Notes: generated by a model from the letters alone, not told the origin. A stretch of 64,000 nt of DNA from Pecten maximus (GCF_902652985.1 NC_047030.1:23808001-23872000); one strand, 5' to 3'. Shown: positions 25,319 through 37,276, counted from the stretch's first letter. Numbers and translations: made by a program.

Positions 25319-25772
25319 ATATTTGTTCCGGTGATACACTGACGTAACGTTTCCGGACCGCATACTCTCTTCCGCTTTGTAATCGAGCAAAGTTCAAATC
25401 AGCACTTGATCTACCAATCGCAACATCTCGGGGAAATTTCCCCGAGATGTTGCGATTGTTGATCTATAGGATCCGTCAGTAACCATAACAACGGCATTTC
25501 GAAGAAATTTTATTGTATTCCGTCTCAACCATCCTGTCACGTTGACATTTTCGTGGGATACGCAAAATGGACGATTCCATTTGTTTCGGTGCCTCGAATA
25601 CATAGCGTATACATAACATGTTGTCAAGTAACTGGTGAACATTGGGAAGACAACAGCAAAGAGTGACAGGTCTATGAAAATCACAATGAATATTAATGTC
25701 GTTTTATACAATAATTTACTATTACATGTAAGTTTACAGAAAGTAGTCGTTGTGTCACACACTCAAATGTGC
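25319..25772 (-). pseudogene. Candidate disrupted exon of an unidentified type II membrane protein
   Basis: Bounded by acceptor TTTGTATAG and donor GTAAGT. Contains a hydrophobic segment (LIFIVIFIDLSLFAVVFPMF) and an NVT sequon. The frame stays open to the donor only if the 53-bp insertion is removed. No good ATG; family not recognised. Confidence 0.4.
25415..25458. mobile_element. 44-bp perfect palindrome with 9-bp TSD (CAATC family)
   Basis: CAATCGCAACATCTCGGGGAAA|TTTCCCCGAGATGTTGCGATTG. Flanks TTGATCTAC (25406-14) and TTGATCTAT (25459-67). Confidence 0.88.
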
Positions 25773-26865
25773 CTATACAAACAGGTAAAATTTAAAAAAA
25801 AATAGCATATCTTGCAGTTGAAATGCAAAAAAGGACATGACATCTACGTTCATTTGTATAGGTTAAATAGCCTTAATTAGTTAAGGTTATAAAGAGTGTT
25901 TAAAATTAATATTTTGATTATTATATTATTTAAATTTATGTCATTAAAAGTTGTCTCTGTCAATACTCGAGTAATTCAACTTGACAGCAAGGACGACGGC
26001 AACGATGGAATGTAAAATTGAGAAGACAAAAAAAAATGAAGGATTTTTTTTAAAGGAAGAAAAACATACAACAAATACCAACAACCCAAAAATGCGCACA
26101 TAGCATACCAACATTTTCATATATATATTTTTTTCTTATTATTTATTTTAAAGGGAAAACAAAGCTTACCAGGAATCGAACTTGTTACACCTATACCAGT
26201 ACTCACTGACGTCACAACTTGCTCATCATGACTGATTCGTCAAAAATCTCGAGCATCGATTAAAATGTTGTATATACACATATATAATATACCTATTCGT
26301 GCATTCATCCCCTCATGAATATCGACTCGTCTGCCAATCAAAAGTCAACAAGACACGTCGCTCTGGTGGAATTATAACTATATACTCTTACAAACGATTG
26401 TTATTAGAACACTATCTTTTTTTCATTTGTTGGTGTTAATTGGATAGATTTCATGCCTTGCCGTGGGTGCAAGTATCTTTGTGACAGGCAGTGTAAAGGC
26501 TGTCGGCACTGTAGCTTCTTAAAATGATTATTGTGTGGTAGAATTGTGGTATCTGGCAAGAAATCTAATATTTTATAAAATATATATTTTAAACCATCGT
26601 TATCAATGGATAAATGTAAATTAAATTAACATTTTGTATCATTTGAAATAACTATAGTATACCTTCAATGTATCCAAATTACATACCTGGATTCTTAAAG
26701 GGGTCTAGTTTAACAATAAAGCAGAAGGAATAACAGGATGATTGGTACTATATGATCAGGAACACATCAAGAGTCACAGCCGAATACCATTCCTTCTCGT
26801 AGCATTGCTAAACTTGTCTCGGCCTGAACCTCGATCTCATAAGCATTTTGATGTCTTGCACATCC

Positions 26866-26982
26866 CAATCTAATTAAAATTAGACTTGTAATTTCCGTTC
26901 CTCTACGATACACTGCAATACAAGTTGTATTGTAGTGTATCGTAGAGGAACGGAAATTACAAGTCTAATTTTAATTAGATTG
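26866..26982. mobile_element. 117-bp palindromic micro-element with 9-bp TSD (CAATC family)
   Basis: 58-bp arms, 1 mismatch, 1-nt loop. TGCACATCC at 26857-65 and 26983-91. Confidence 0.93.
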
Positions 26983-27132
26983 TGCACATCCCGACAAGAA
27001 CTCATCAAGTTCGGCAGTAACGAATGATATGCACCCTTGTCTATTTACAGGGTGTAGTTTGAGCGATTGGAAATAAAACATACCTTTTTACACTCGCATT
27101 TTCAGTACATCGCATGTTACAATGAACTTGAT

Positions 27133-27170
27133 GAGGAGGAGGAGGAGGGAGGAGGAGGAGGAGGAGGAGG
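27133..27170. repeat. (GGA)n microsatellite
   Basis: Directly visible. Confidence 0.9.
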
Positions 27171-28188
27171 GCTGTCCTCACCAAGACGGAATCGGTGATT
27201 TTGGTGTCAATCGGATAACCTCTGGCCTTTCCCGCAAGCTAAGAAAAAAAAAGAATACCCGAGGAGTTCCGAATGATTTTGCTGTCTGACATGGTAGAAA
27301 TCATGCAATGATGGTGGACGTTTGTTGCCAATGTCATAAGCATGCACTGCATCGTGTGCTCCTGGGATTGTCGGGCGTGGTACTTGTCAACAATTTACAT
27401 CTAGCCTAGTTGTCTGAACTCTCATCATTATTATCACGATCACTGTCCATCTTTTAGATCAGAAGTTGTATTGTTTGATAAAACCACATGTAAGAGTTGT
27501 CTCCCCTCGAACAAAGATTACGCCGCGCGTGTGAAATGCTTTAGTTACACCAAAGGTGCACGCTGATTGGTCAATTAACGATTATGACATAGATATACTA
27601 TAATCCATATTTTACTAATGAGAGTGAATAATCACGTTTGATTACATACTTTTCTTAACTGGGCAATTGCTTTCCAACATGGCAGGATATGACTCTTTAG
27701 TATATTGGGTTGTCGTTCAGATATGCAATGAAGACAAACATTATCAATGATTTGTTAGGGAGACAATGTGTTTATAACAAAAGCGTCCAATGTTTAGTAC
27801 TGTATGGACTAGCTAACGTATCCATGACATCGTTTCATCCCGCAAAAGTAGTATGGATATGGTACGGATCCTCTGTATAAGGAAAAGGCTAAAGTCAACC
27901 GTTCTTAACAACATTTTGAGGAATCGATGATGGAAATCCCTATCTTATATAGATGTACTAATAAAATGTATACATACTTATGAAAATGGCTAGTATGTAT
28001 TATAGTTTAGTCAGTGTTTGGATCTCGTGCTGCTTACGTAATGCTAAGGTACACTTAGAGGTATATGAATAAGAGCCATATAAGGCGATACCCATCCTGG
28101 GGGGGTATTGTAAATAAACGGAAGTGAATTTTACCACCACAACTGCCTGATTAATATGAATTCTGACTAACAAGCCCTATCATACATG

Positions 28189-28194
28189 TATAAA
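28189..28194 (+). promoter_or_regulatory. Putative TATA box of the C-type lectin gene
   Basis: TATAAA 130 bp upstream of the signal-peptide ATG 28319. Confidence 0.4.
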
Positions 28195-28318
28195 GAGTGT
28201 GTATCACGTGACCGGACAAGAAACGAGAAGATATAACTTGAAATGTGTGTATAGGTTGAAATATATATCGGTCGCTTAAAAGGACAGTATGGAAGATACA
28301 TCGAGAGAGACGTTCACA

Positions 28319-31018
28319 ATGAAAACCGTTATCCTTATTTTGACCGTGTGTGTTTCTGCTGTAAAATGCCAGGGTATGTAAACCTCTGTAATAAGTATAC
28401 TTGTTTTTCTTTTTCTTTTTTCTCTCTCTTTTGTTTAATGGTTGAACATTATGTCTCTCTTGCATGGTAGTTAATTGGATAAAATCTCGATCAAGGGTTA
28501 GAATTTAATGAATTACCTCACAGCATCATTTGAGAAAATTCAGAGCTAGAAGTCCTTGGTTCAACTCTGTAACGTAATGTCATCTGATAGAGGAGGTCTT
28601 TCTCTCTTATCTAGCATCTTTCTCTTTCCTTCTGTATAATCATTCATCCATTCATTCTCTCATTCTCATACATCTTTTTTTAGTCAAAGTTTGGTTTAAA
28701 TGTTCAGACGTAAAATTAGAATATAAACATTTTAATAACGGTTCTCGTACCTCCAGAATATGACATTATTCCCAATAAATGTTTTACTTCAATACAACAT
28801 AAATGGTCCATTGCACCATAACATAAAGTGGGTCCGGGAGAGATTGTCTCAATATTTATATATACATGTGTATATCAAATGATAAAATTATGTTCTCTGT
28901 TTCATTTTCTTTTTTCCTTTCCTTCATTTCCATTTTATAAGTTCAAATTATGTAATAAAATACATGTTTATGATATTGTCTATCGTATTGCGCGTGCGAG
29001 GGAAATGACTCGGACAGTAGACAAATTCAAATTAGTTTATTAAGTATCACATGTAAAAGGTACAATTATTACACATTTTAAAACATGCCTACGGAAGCCC
29101 TGGAGGGACATTTTGAGTTACTACTTATTACTTATAACTTATTAGTTATAACTTATTTGTTATTACTTATTTGTTATTACTTATTAGTTATTAATTACTA
29201 AATTATTGTATAACAGTACGTTACTTTATCATATCGTCAAGATAAATGATGTTTTATATAAAGGATGTTGTTCATATCGATCCTTTTTGTGTAATTGAGT
29301 AATAAATTGTCTGATAAAAATACCGTTTTTAAACAAAACGTACTTAGTTATAATTCATTTAATTTGTTATTTCTTATTCGTTATTTGTTATTTCTTATTT
29401 TTTAATTCTTATTTCTTACTTGTTATTTCTTATTTGTAATTTCTTATTTCTTTTTTCTTATTTCTTACTTGTTATTTCTTATTTGTGACTTTTTATTGAT
29501 AAGAAATAAGAATTAACAAATAACAAATAACAAATAACAAAAAAGAAATAACAAATTAAATAAATTATAACTAAGTACGTTCTGTTTAAAAACGGGATTT
29601 TTATCTGACAATTTATTACTATGCTTTACTATATTACTATTTATATAAAACATCATTTATCTTGACGATATGATAAAGTAACGTACTGTTATACAATAAT
29701 TTAGTAATTAATAACTAATAAGTAATAACAAATAAGTAATAACTAATAAGTAATAACTAATAAGTTATAAGTAATAAGAAGTAACTCAAAATGTCCCTCC
29801 AGGGCTTCCGTACATGCCCTCTCACTCACCCTTACATCCAGTCTACTATTAGACTTATGAGACACTCGCTCTTCTCCTGTTCTCTCACCCACCCTTACAT
29901 CCAGTCTACTATTAGACTTACGAGACACTCGCTCTTCCCCTGTCCTCTCACCCACCCTTACATCCAGTCTACTATTAGACTTATGAGACACTCGCTCTTC
30001 TCCTGTTCTCTCACCCACCCTTACATCCAGTCTACTATTAGACTTATGAGACACTCGCTCTTCCCCTGTTCTCTCACCCACCCTTACATCCAGTCTACTA
30101 TTAGACTTATGAGACACTCACTCTTCCCCATCACACTAGATTGTTAAAGTATTACACATCACACAAAGCATATACACATAAAATAAAAGTTATTTATAGC
30201 ATATTGTCATTTTTGTAAATATATATATTGACAAAATATAATGGACAAACTGAAACACTGTACGTGTATTTCCCCAAAATGAAGGGATAGATAACGTGTG
30301 TGATGTATAGACGCCTCGGACAGTTTTCAAATTAGCTGAGACCAATGACAAAGTTGTTGTGGTTGTGTGATTAGAAGATATATACTGTACACCTATTGTT
30401 CTTGGTAACATGCGTTCCAATTGTTGTTCTGTCTGTTGACAATAAACGTTCACAAACTTGAGATGTTGTGAGTTTGTGTGACATCATTTGTAATATATCT
30501 GGTGATTTCAACCTTTCAGTCGAATTAATGTATCGAGCCAATGATATTGTAGATGAAATGTATATGATTCAGAGCTGTAAGTTAAAGACAGCCGATAGAA
30601 TAATTCTACTTCACTTTGAACATCCGATGGACCATGAAACGTCAAGTAGTTTATATGTACATGTCACCGGTACGTCCGAGTACATACGTATCCAAGGTCA
30701 CTTTCTTGTCATTAGGGGTTTTCAATATTACCTACTCATGCATCCTAGTTTGGGTACAGGACTAATATGAAACGGTCAATATATGGGTCAATTTGGCGGT
30801 CACTTCAACCACTAAATAAATTCAACCAATTTATTTTGCTAGTTTATTACTCCGTGAAAAGGCTTGTAGAAGCAGGTGACTACCTCACTGAACAACATAC
30901 GGGAGCCCTGTCGTATGACATCCAGAGCAATAAGGGTAAAGTACCTTGCCTAAGAACACAATAACCTAATTAAGCACAGACCGATCAATTTCTCCTCCTC
31001 AACAACAACAGCAGCAGC

Positions 31019-31050
<32 letters not shown>

Positions 31051-34000
31051 CCGTACCTCCTATCTAAATCGTTAACAACATAAACAACAACATTGTTAGC
31101 AACATTTTTGTAAAAGTTCTTAAAGTTAATGGAACTCGTCCAAATTTGTTGGGGTTTTTTTTCTAGTCTTACCAAGTTATTTCACCAATCACAGAAATAT
31201 CATATAACATCGCATATAAATATGTAGTGTTCAATTCTCTATTCCTATTTCACTTTGAAAAATGCTTCGTAAAATTGATGGGATTTTTGTGACAAATTTC
31301 AGAAATATCTTATCAAATCAAAGCGAATTTTAAAATCTTTACCAAACGTATCAAGAAATTTACTAAACATCACAAAAACATGTTGTCCGTGGAATATGGT
31401 ATTATCGGGTAGTCTTGATTTTTAACATTGCTTTATAACATTGCTTTATAACATTGCTTTATAACATTGCTTTATGGTGTTGAACAATGAGTGGGAAATA
31501 CGTAGTTACAGTAGATATTGAATTTAGTTTAAACAGTATTTATTTATATTTAATACAAATGTACATATACATTGCAAATTGTACATTGGTGAGGGATCTA
31601 GAAACAAGCTTAAAGCTTATATTGAATTTGATGATTAATAATTATCTGACGTATTCAAAGTGACCCATTCAACATTTTGTAATCTCAATTCCATTCACTT
31701 GACTGTAGATACACTCTAGAATAATGTTTCAAATAATGACGTCATTTGAGTCGCTCAGAAAATACATATTAAAAAAAATGCATTTATCAAGATTTGTTTT
31801 GGGAAGTTCCTCTAGTCAATAGATTACAGCAAAGATACGCCTTCAGATACTGTGAGCGTACGTATTTTAGCGGTCAGACTATTTTTAACGATTTTTGCGT
31901 TAGTAGCATCGCGCTAATTGAAGTGTCTGTACATTGTTTTCAATGGTAAGATTGGTGTTTGCGATAATTCAACATTGCGTGAATCTTTTATTTAATTGTG
32001 TTACGTGCTGATAAGAAAAATGGTAATACGTTCTGTAATATCATTAACCACATGTAGTATATCGTTGTCTTATANNNNNNNNNNNNNNNNNNNNNNNNNN
32101 NNNNNNNNNNNNNNNNNNNNNNNNNNNNNNNNNNNNNNNNNNNNNNNNNNNNNNNNNNNNNNNNNNNNNNNNNNNNNNNNNNNNNNNNNNNNNNNNNNNN
32201 NNNNNNNNNNNNNNNNNNNNNNNNNNNNNNNNNNNNNNNNNNNNNNNNNNNNNNNNNNNNNNNNNNNNNNNNNNNNNNNNNNNNNNNNNNNNNNNNNNNN
32301 NNNNNNNNNNNNNNNNNNNNNNNNNNNNNNNNNNNNNNNNNNNNNNNNNNNNNNNNNNNNNNNNNNNNNNNNNNNNNNNNGTTACTGACATCATGGAGTC
32401 TTTTTTTAATTCCAGGAGACACAATGTGCAATTACATACCAACAGCTGATCCGTACCATGTGTTAGCAATACACGGTAGGTGTTATCATATGGTACAGGA
32501 CGCCATCACCTGGACAGAAGCTACCACCAGATGTCGTGCCAGGAATGGTACACTTGCAATCGTTCGGGACTCGGAAACAAATAAACTACTTATTCAGAGA
32601 GCTATGGATCTAGATCTTAATGACAAAGCAGAGGTGTCTTTTTACTGGATTGGAGGAAGTATTCAAACAACGGGAGCCGCAATCACGTGGCAGCGAGGTA
32701 AGAACTCACTCCCTGCTCCCATTTACCCAAATATGGAGGTTTACTTCTGAGTTTGATTTCGTTATGACGATTTGTCAAAGTTTTATACGATGAACCGAAA
32801 TGTGATTACTCAAGTTTTCTTTTGACTTGGATGTGCTCAAATAATACTCTTTATTTTCTTTTCTTTTTTATTTGTTTACATACACACAGGCAAAATGTCT
32901 TGAGGTCAATTTGACCTGAAAATATTGGCCTGAAATTTACCTGAATTCGACCTGAATTGACATGAAAACATTTTGCCTGTGTAAGATTATAAAGAATTCT
33001 AAATGATACAAGCATAGCGATAAAACATGTCTATAGCTTAATATTAAATAAGTGTGTACTACATTCATTCTTTATAGTTTTTTTCAGAACAAATGATATT
33101 TTTGAGCTGTTATAAATTCCAGAGTAAATTCTAACAATAACCAAATGTAAGGGGTAGGTGTTTTTGGTGTAGCTATGTCATTATCACGTACTATTTTTAT
33201 TTCGAGTAGGTGTAGAAATAGCCCGAGTTTCCTCTCGGGCTAGTGTATTTTACTTCAATCTTCCTTTGGCTTCAACGAAGTCCTGATCAGGTGATTTTGA
33301 TAAGACGGTGTTCAAAAATACATATGATATCATTAGACATGTTTTGGTACAGTAAAGTCCCAATAATTCTGTGTTTAAAGTAGAAAGCTTTCTCGTGTTT
33401 TAATTGAAATGTTCAATATGTTTCAGACATAAATGGCGATGAAGTCACTAACCCCTTTACTGCCTTTTTGGACGGTGAACCCGTGGGTTCTGGATCTAAT
33501 GGGTGTTTACTTCTGGATCCCTCGGAAATGGGCTGGGCAACGGATTTCTGTAATGTCTCCCTCGAACTCACCGGTTACGTTTGTGAACTCGCCAGTGGTA
33601 CGTATAGATTGGTTACATTATATATATTTCGATGAATATATCTTGCATTGATCATTGTTTATTGGACGTGGTGTGCGGCTAGGTTAACAAGGATGGATAG
33701 TATTGCAACAGCAATACAAAGTCCCCTGCCTGATCTAGAAGTGCACCTATTCATTTCCCATTTGTTTTTGGAAAAATGGTTTTTCGAAAAAAAAAATGTG
33801 GGATGCACAACTACATGTTATACTGGTCATGTATACCAAGTTTCGTTAAGATCGAAGTAGTACTTTAGGAGGAGTTGTCCGGACAACTACTGCGTGACAG
33901 ACAGACGGACGGACGGACGGACGGACGGACGGACGGAGGGTAAACCTATAGTCCCCCCGTTTTTCAAACGGCAGGGGACTAATAAGCACTGCAGCTGCTA

Positions 34001-35215
34001 TTACCCTCTATGTGTATAAGTAAGAGGCAGCTTATGTAGAAACTCCCCGGAAATGGGTTTATGTTTAGGGGCATGACTCAAATGAATCTGCTGAGACATT
34101 TGCAAAACTTTCAGGCTCAATTTTACTCTGATCGTTCAATAAGGTCTGTGTTTCTTTTTCACTTGTCTTCCGTAATAAGGAAAGAGACAGTTACCTATAC
34201 TATATAACAATTGTACTAAACAATATGTTAATTTCTGATAACTCGATGAACATTAAGATAATTACCGTATAAAATGAAATAAAATAAGATAAAACGAAAA
34301 CATTTAAAAACTTGCTTTGAAGCAATGTGCATTGTGTACATTAAGTGTCATGCACGTTTTAAATTCTAAATGTGATTTTTTTTGTCAAATGATAATAAAT
34401 AATTCAATTTTGCTTGTAACAAGCATTTTCATTGACTTAAAATCTATGTTATCAGCCCATTTTGTTTGTTTGTTTGTTTGTTTGTTTGTTTGGCCTTTTT
34501 TTGTAATTATTTTTATGTTATTTTATTCTATTTTATTTTTTAATTAATTCCAATTTTTTTCATGTGTGTTATATCTCCAAAAAAATTGTATTCAAGTAAA
34601 TCCTTAAATGATAAGAAATGGGGATGGGGTTGGAGGTGTGTGTGTGTGTTGGGGGGGGGGGGGGGGGGGGGGGCATTTCAGTGTGACTGCACTGTAACAG
34701 CAGTCTTGTGTGACTCGATCATCATGGGGCATCTCTAGTTTAGTACATAAAAAAATCCAGAAACCTAGAAACAACCCCGATGGTTTGAACTGTCTATTTA
34801 AATCAAATATTATTACGAATTACTGTCATCCTAGCAATAGGACTTTTTTGGACATATCGACAAAAATAAAACAAATTTACATGTATTTGTATCAAACATG
34901 TTCAATTCCATCTCTTTTTTTTATTGCAGGATCGATGTCTTATTTGCGATCAGGTATGTACTTATTCAATGCCTATTACATGTAAACATATTTTTGATAA
35001 GATATGTATATATCTTTATGAAATAATTCATCAACATATATAGTTCCCATGATAATGTTCAGATAGCATTTGGCCTCTAATATCGCTGACATGATTTTCT
35101 TCATAACTTGTTAGAGATGTACAGGTGTTCAATATTTACACCTTTTCTTTTTGCAGGTACGTCAAAATTGTTACTGACCTTCCTACTGACTGTAGTTCTG
35201 GGTCACGTGGTGTAA
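28319..35215 (+). CDS. Single-CRD C-type lectin domain protein with signal peptide and probable GPI-anchor tail, ~196 aa
   Basis: Exons: 28319-28373 (MKTVILILTVCVSAVKCQ); 32416-32697 (GRCYHM...TWTEATTRC...GTLAIV...YWIGG); 33427-33597 (GEPV...GCLLL...WATDFC...GYVCE); 34930-34953; 35157-35215 (LLLTFLLTVVLGHVV*). All junctions phase 1. AATAAA at 35406 and 35431. The N gap 32075-32380 could hide another exon. Confidence 0.85.
29090..29812. mobile_element. Foldback non-autonomous DNA transposon, IS3EU-like (723 bp)
   Basis: Ends TACGGAAGCCC...GGGCTTCCGTA, ~300-bp imperfect inverted arms, 6-bp TSD CATGCC (29084-89, 29813-18). TAY..RTA ends with a 6-bp TSD fit IS3EU. Confidence 0.85.
29819..30128. 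repeat. 63-bp minisatellite, ~5 copies
   Basis: Unit CTCTCACCCACCCTTACATCCAGTCTACTATTAGACTTATGAGACACTCGCTCTTCTCCTGTT. Gives the 21-aa periodic ORFs. Confidence 0.95.
30860..30990 (-). mobile_element. CORE-type SINE fragment
   Basis: GGTGACTACCTCACTGAACAACA...CATCCAGAGCAATAAGGGTAAAGT matches 4916-4982. Confidence 0.75.
31001..31051. repeat. (CAA/CAG)n microsatellite
   Basis: Directly visible. Confidence 0.9.
32884..32982. mobile_element. ~100-bp MITE, possibly CACTA/EnSpm-like
   Basis: 15-bp TIR ACACAGGCAAAATGT / ACATTTTGCCTGTGT with internal ACCTGAA repeats. Superfamily call is tentative. Confidence 0.6.
33686..33985 (-). mobile_element. HINE/pearl-like element
   Basis: AACAAG end, hairpin GTATTGC-AACA-GCAATAC, subterminal inverted repeat AGTCCCC/GGGGACT, (GACG)n microsatellite. 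Confidence 0.75.
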
Positions 35216-35370
35216 CAGGGAGGTTCTTTGTGTCTACAACAATAGAAGCCCGCCAAATTTGGACATGTGGTGTAACAGGGAGGTACTATGTGTCTATCGC
35301 AATAGACACCGGCCACATTTGGACACGTGGTATAACAGGAGAAGTCACGTGCGCCTACAACAATAGATTC
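35204..35370 (+). repeat. 60-bp tandem repeat (~2.7 copies) overlapping the lectin stop codon
   Basis: CACGTGGTGTAACAGG-like unit recurs at 35204, 35264 and 35324. Confidence 0.8.
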
Positions 35371-35871
35371 AACGTGTCATCATTCCATCAATGTCATCAT
35401 CATTCAATAAAGCATTTTCTAATCACGTTCAATAAAGCGTTTTGTAATTTTATCTTTTTTTGCCGTTTTTCAATTCATAAATAATTCGAATTTTATCATA
35501 TTTAGTCTCGTATTGAATAATTTGTGACTTCGTCATTTTGTCTTCAGCTTTTCTTGATGTAGACAAAACGAACATTCTAATACCTGTGCATAAAAAACGA
35601 TTGGTCAATGTAACTTGCAACAATTTATGTAGATCTAGTTGTAAAAAAAAAAGGGGGGGGGGGGGGGGGGGTGAGTATCCTTAACTGTTTTTGTCTGTTA
35701 CTACGCACTATGTTTTCGCCTGTAGTCGTGACGTCACAAGAACGTGTCTCATTGACAGCGCGAAATTTGACTTTGGAATGTGATAACACTGTTACAGGTT
35801 GGATATAAGAAACATTATATATAAAACGGACATATAAGTATTAAACCAATTCTCACGTGAATGCTGACAAT

Positions 35872-37276
35872 AACAAGAGCTGTTGGAGAACAGCATAGCT
35901 CGTCTCGCAAATGTTTGTCAATAAATAATTAAAATATATTAATTGGAATGGTTTCGCAAATTGCATTAATAATATTTATATTGTTTACTTGATCAGATTA
36001 TGTTTTGTGAATTCATGCAATTTTCAAAACCATACCATTATATATATATATAAATTATTTATTGACAAACATTCGGGAGACAAGCTATGCTGTTGTTAAA
36101 TGAATATATTAAATACAAATGTAATTGCTTTTGGACATATTTCTTCAATTTTTTGACAAAATATTATCCTAATGAGAGTTGTCTCCCTTGAAAAATGTGG
36201 ACCGGTATAAATTGTCTATTGTGAGCATTTCGACATTGTTTTATTTTCAGTTTCACCCCAAGAAGGGATAGTGTAATTCCATAGGGACTCTTTTACCTAA
36301 TATCAGCACCCTAGTACATCATAAAGTGACGTGTTAATAGCTTTCAACATTTGCACAAATTTTTTAAAAATGTATTTATTCCCCCAAAATATCTTTCAGT
36401 TTAACTCCGGCAAGGGATAGTTTAACCCCCACAGGGAACCTAATACCATGTATTACTATGGCTTTCAACACTCACAACATAAACTTAAAACACAAAGTCC
36501 AAAGATTTAAAAGCAAAAACAAAAAAAACACAGATTTAAAAAGAAAAAATCAATTTTTTTTTTTTAAGTTTTACTCCAGGAAGGGATTGTCTTACTCCAT
36601 AGGGACTCTATTGCCAATTATCAGCACCCTAGTACAATTATAAAGTGATGTATTAATACCTTTCAACACTTGCACCAAAAACTTAACGCAGAAATATTCT
36701 AAGTCCAAAAATTTGAAAATTCTGGTTTTTTCCCCAAAAAAATCTTTCGGTTTTACTCTGGCAGGGGATAGTTTAACCCCATAGGGACTCTATTGCCAAT
36801 TATCAGCACCCTAGTACAATTATAAAGTGATGTATTAATACCTTTCAACACTTGCACCAAAAACTTAACGCAGAAATATTCTAAGTCCAAAAATTTGAAA
36901 ATTCTGGTTTTTCCCCAAAAACATCTTTCAGTTTTACTCTGGCAGGGGATAGTCTAATCCCAGAGGGACTCTATTGCCAATTATCAGCACCCTAGTACAA
37001 TTATAAAGTGATGTATTAATATTTTTCAACACTTGCACCAAAAACTTAACGCAAAAATTTTCAAAAATCTGTGTTTTTTCCAAAAAATCTTTTAGTTTAA
37101 CTCCGGCAGGGGATAGTTTGACCCCCACAGGGACCATATTACCATAAATTACTTTGCCTTTCAACACTTGCACCAAAAATTTAACATTTGGAAAACCAAC
37201 GCCGACGCCGACACCGACGCCGACGCCGGAGTGACGACATAAGCTCTCACTCTTCTTCGAAGAGACGAGCTAAAAA
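35872..37276 (-). mobile_element. HINE/pearl-like element carrying an internal ~182-bp tandem array
   Basis: AACAAGAG plus hairpin GCTGTT-GGAG-AACAGC at one end; (GCCGAC)n and GAGACGAGCTAAAAA at the other; subterminal inverted repeat AGCTCGTCTC. AGGGACTCTATTGCC recurs at 36601, 36783 and 36964. Confidence 0.8.

Noticed and set aside
31988-32469. ORFs spanning poly-X, also 11688..11915
   Set aside because: Artefacts of N gaps.
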